A stretch of DNA of 64,000 nucleotides from contig OZ260662.1 in the NCBI GenBank assembly GCA_965285935.1, positions 24,800,001-24,864,000 on the forward strand. The letters are read 5' to 3'. The notes under the pieces were generated by a model. The model saw nothing but the letters and a program-made list of their open reading frames with translations. It was not told where the DNA came from and did no database searches. Positions 60,841 to 64,000 of the stretch are shown one piece after another; position 1 is the first letter of the stretch; each line of letters starts with the position of its first letter. The translations under genes and the position numbers were made by a program. The DNA is from Ophelia neglecta. Lineage: Eukaryota.

Positions 60841-63800
60841 TGACTAATTATTGTGAAGAAGTGATGTGAATGTCGCTAAATTCATGTTTCTTAAAAAGGA
60901 AATTCCTGATGACCCTGTTTGGTAAGCTTCTAACCATTGCAAGAAAGAAACTAATATAGAACTCTCACGTTTGACCTGCCTTAGATGGCCATTTAGTCTA
61001 ATTGAATTTTCTGGGTACCCTTCACTTACTAGGTTTTATGAAATTGTCCTCCAGCAATTGTCATTTGACAAACAGGTCACAATGATCAACACGCGGGCTT
61101 CCACTAGAGCTATTGATTAGAAAGGAAACCACTATTTAACATTGACCACGAATCTTGGTTCTTGGGCCAACTGGTATAGTTTACCTGGAGTACACCATTA
61201 AAAAAGGTTCAAAACTAGAAAAATAATGCTCATTGTATATTGGAAGAACTGCTTTATTTTTTCTCCCAGTGCACTGCATAATTAATGATAGGAATGAATT
61301 TGGGAGCTGCTTGGTTTGCACGCTTCTTACCACACTTCTGCTCACACCAGCAACTGAATATCGTATATATAATGCAATTGGTGAGGGGTTATAGGAGAAA
61401 AATTGAGCTGGAGAAGAACAGAGAAAGTAGATTATACATAGTTGGTGCGCATGCTTTTGTAGGGAAGCCATTTCTGAAGAAATACACGTTTACGGTCACC
61501 GGCATCAGTATAAGACGAAATAGCCCTTCTAAGATATTCACGTCGGTTTTGGTAACTATCTCATGATTCGGACTAAATACTTTGGTCTAGAATGCTGCTT
61601 TAACCTGAGAGTAGGAATGAATCATTCTACCCCGAGTCTTACCTTTATATCAGTGGTGATGGTAGTGTATAAATTAGTCATGGTAAATGAAAGATGTTAT
61701 ATATGTCAATCATCCATGTGATAAAACGAAACTTAGGGTCACGGATATTCTATCGATTCGTTCGCAAAATTCGAATATTTCCTTCAATCGTTGTGTATGT
61801 TAAAGAGAGTGTTGAAGGGCTTGGGGAGGGGGCGGGATTAAATAAAAACTTTTGGTACAAAAACACTATTTGTTCGGTCAGAATAGTAAAATAATGCCCT
61901 GTCATCAGAGCAATGGTAATTAGAGATATGCATTTGATACTCTGTGATACAAGTTTCCTAATAGCTTATATGAGAAAATGAAATCAGTAATCGGCTCAAT
62001 ATCTTGAATGAAAATTCCTATTTTGTAGTAAGAACAAATGGGCACTGTATGGTATCCAGGGCCAAGGGGAAACAAAATCAAATTACATTTAAGCAGCACT
62101 TTTTTTATATCCTTCCAAAGCAACACATTGTATCGAATGAAATAATAGAAGCCTGAACACACAAGGACAAGCTTGATTAAGTTAAGGGTCTATAACCCTT
62201 GTCTTACCTTTTTCACCAATGGTCCTCCTCTATCAAACTGTTCTCCACAGGCGATGGTTGGCACTTGTTTCCAATTGGCATAAAAATAGGAAAATCATGT
62301 GGGCCTATTGATAAAAAGGTCTGATGATTCCTAATTCACTCCCCGAAATTAACCCAGTCTTGACCATCTCAGCTGGGAATGTGGAATGCAATTCTGAGAC
62401 TAGAGTGTCTTACGATGAACAAGCTCACTTGGCGAGCGACGAGCGTCCAGAAACAGTTTCCGCGTGAATTCCTACGCTTTCCTCTTGACTGTATATCGCT
62501 CTGCCCGATCCAAAGCGCAGGGCCGAGTTGGCTGCGCTGCCTCGAACGTTTTAAATCACTCATTTGCAGCTAGCTAATCAAGAAGGTAACCATTTCACCT
62601 ACCAGCCAATGTCTTAAATTCAACTCACATACAGTACAGATCAGTGTCTGTTTTTGCATATACATATACAGGCACATTATATGTGAACAAGTTGAAGGCA
62701 AATAAGCATGCAGATTGGACGCACATTATATGACTCAATCGCACTCGTCTCCCAATGCGGTATAAGACACCTGAAGGCACTGATTGATACATCTGTTTTG
62801 AAAGAATACTACCTTCATTATATAGGACGTCTAGTGTGATTTATAGTCTTAACTCTAACAAGTAACGCATGTATTTCTCGTACGCCTGATTATTTTATAT
62901 ACAATTTGTAGACTAGCAATAAGGCTTCCAATCTAAAGACAATTAGACATCAATCAATTTACGAAAGAAGATTAATTACTTATATCGTTGTTCAAATTGC
63001 CCTGTAAGCAATCACGGTGGTAGTCCACATGCATAAAGTAGTATATAATCGCATTACGATGGTAAATCTTAACCTTTGACCTGGTCAATTACATTCATCA
63101 AACAGTATGTGCTATTTACTCACCAGTCAAGCCTACAAAACAAGTTCTTATTACTGGTTATATTCTAGACAAATTAGGGAAAGTAGGTTGAAAACTAATT
63201 GTTTTTTTCCTAAACTTTATATTAAATTTTACGGCCAGACCTAGAGGTGGACATAGGACCCTAGAATGCAGCGTAGTGCCTGTAGCCACACAATCATTGC
63301 AACGGCGACAATACAGATCTGTGCCTGTGTACTTGGACTTCTTACCGTCTAAGGCAACATCAACACTGGCGCAAGAAACTGACAACACAAAGGTTTGTTT
63401 TGCCAAGTTGCGTATGAATATACATTGGTCATTGTCAGATATCGCTCCACGACTGCCACACGGCAGCAGTCTGAAATCGCCATTGTCACGGGGGCTCGGT
63501 CTCCAAGAATGAATATTGTATCCAAAGCATTCATCGCTGACAGACGAGCAGTAAATCGTAATGTCAGAAAAAAGTTAATGGTATGGGGAAAATACTATTG
63601 TCGGTTGGTTCACCGGAAACCAACATTTGTGTACGCACCATAAAGCGACCACTGCCATACATGCCGAAGTATAGAACGATAGTAAGATATAGCCTCACTA
63701 TATCTCGAAAGTATTAATACCACTGATAGATTGTCGATGAGAGAAATCATTCTTTTTAGGACCTTTGCCATGACCATTTCCTGTTAATGGCCTTCTCCCC

Positions 63801-64000
63801 CTTCCGCAACATATTCTAATTCCCATGTTTATGGCTAAAATATCGTCTGCCAAATATAACGACAATATCTGATTTAGAGGTCTTGTGTCTGAAACCAAAT
63901 ACCGACGATGATTACATAGTTTCCGCTCTGTATTATTCCGTCTAGGAAAGTATCACCATTTTTAATAATTGACGAGGGCTTTTAGTAATAATATTGTTGC

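Overview
AT-rich metazoan genomic DNA, most consistent with a lophotrochozoan invertebrate (inferred from gene and repeat content; the species cannot be determined). Three host genes are supported. (1) A complete six-coding-exon Cys-loop receptor gene on + (11867-15990, 480 aa when spliced by hand). It is a nicotinic acetylcholine receptor alpha-type subunit with vicinal cysteines and a cation-type GEK pore, but three of the five canonical aromatic-box residues for ACh binding are replaced (loop A Tyr>Met, loop C Tyr190>Leu, loop D Trp>Leu). (2,3) Two paralogous class A GPCRs with intronless CDS, of the FMRFamide-receptor-like 'NFxxY' type, on - (28350-29573, 50313-51539). The rest is intronic/intergenic and rich in transposon relics: a decayed Tx1/L1 LINE, one young and one old CR1-group LINE, an L2-like RT fragment, a probable Penelope-like 3' remnant with a degenerate hammerhead ribozyme, several MITEs, minisatellites and many G/C homopolymer runs. 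The most interesting candidate system is a non-ACh, possibly chemosensory or toxin-resistant, nicotinic-like channel next to a pair of orphan GPCRs. No tRNA, rRNA or CRISPR array is supported.
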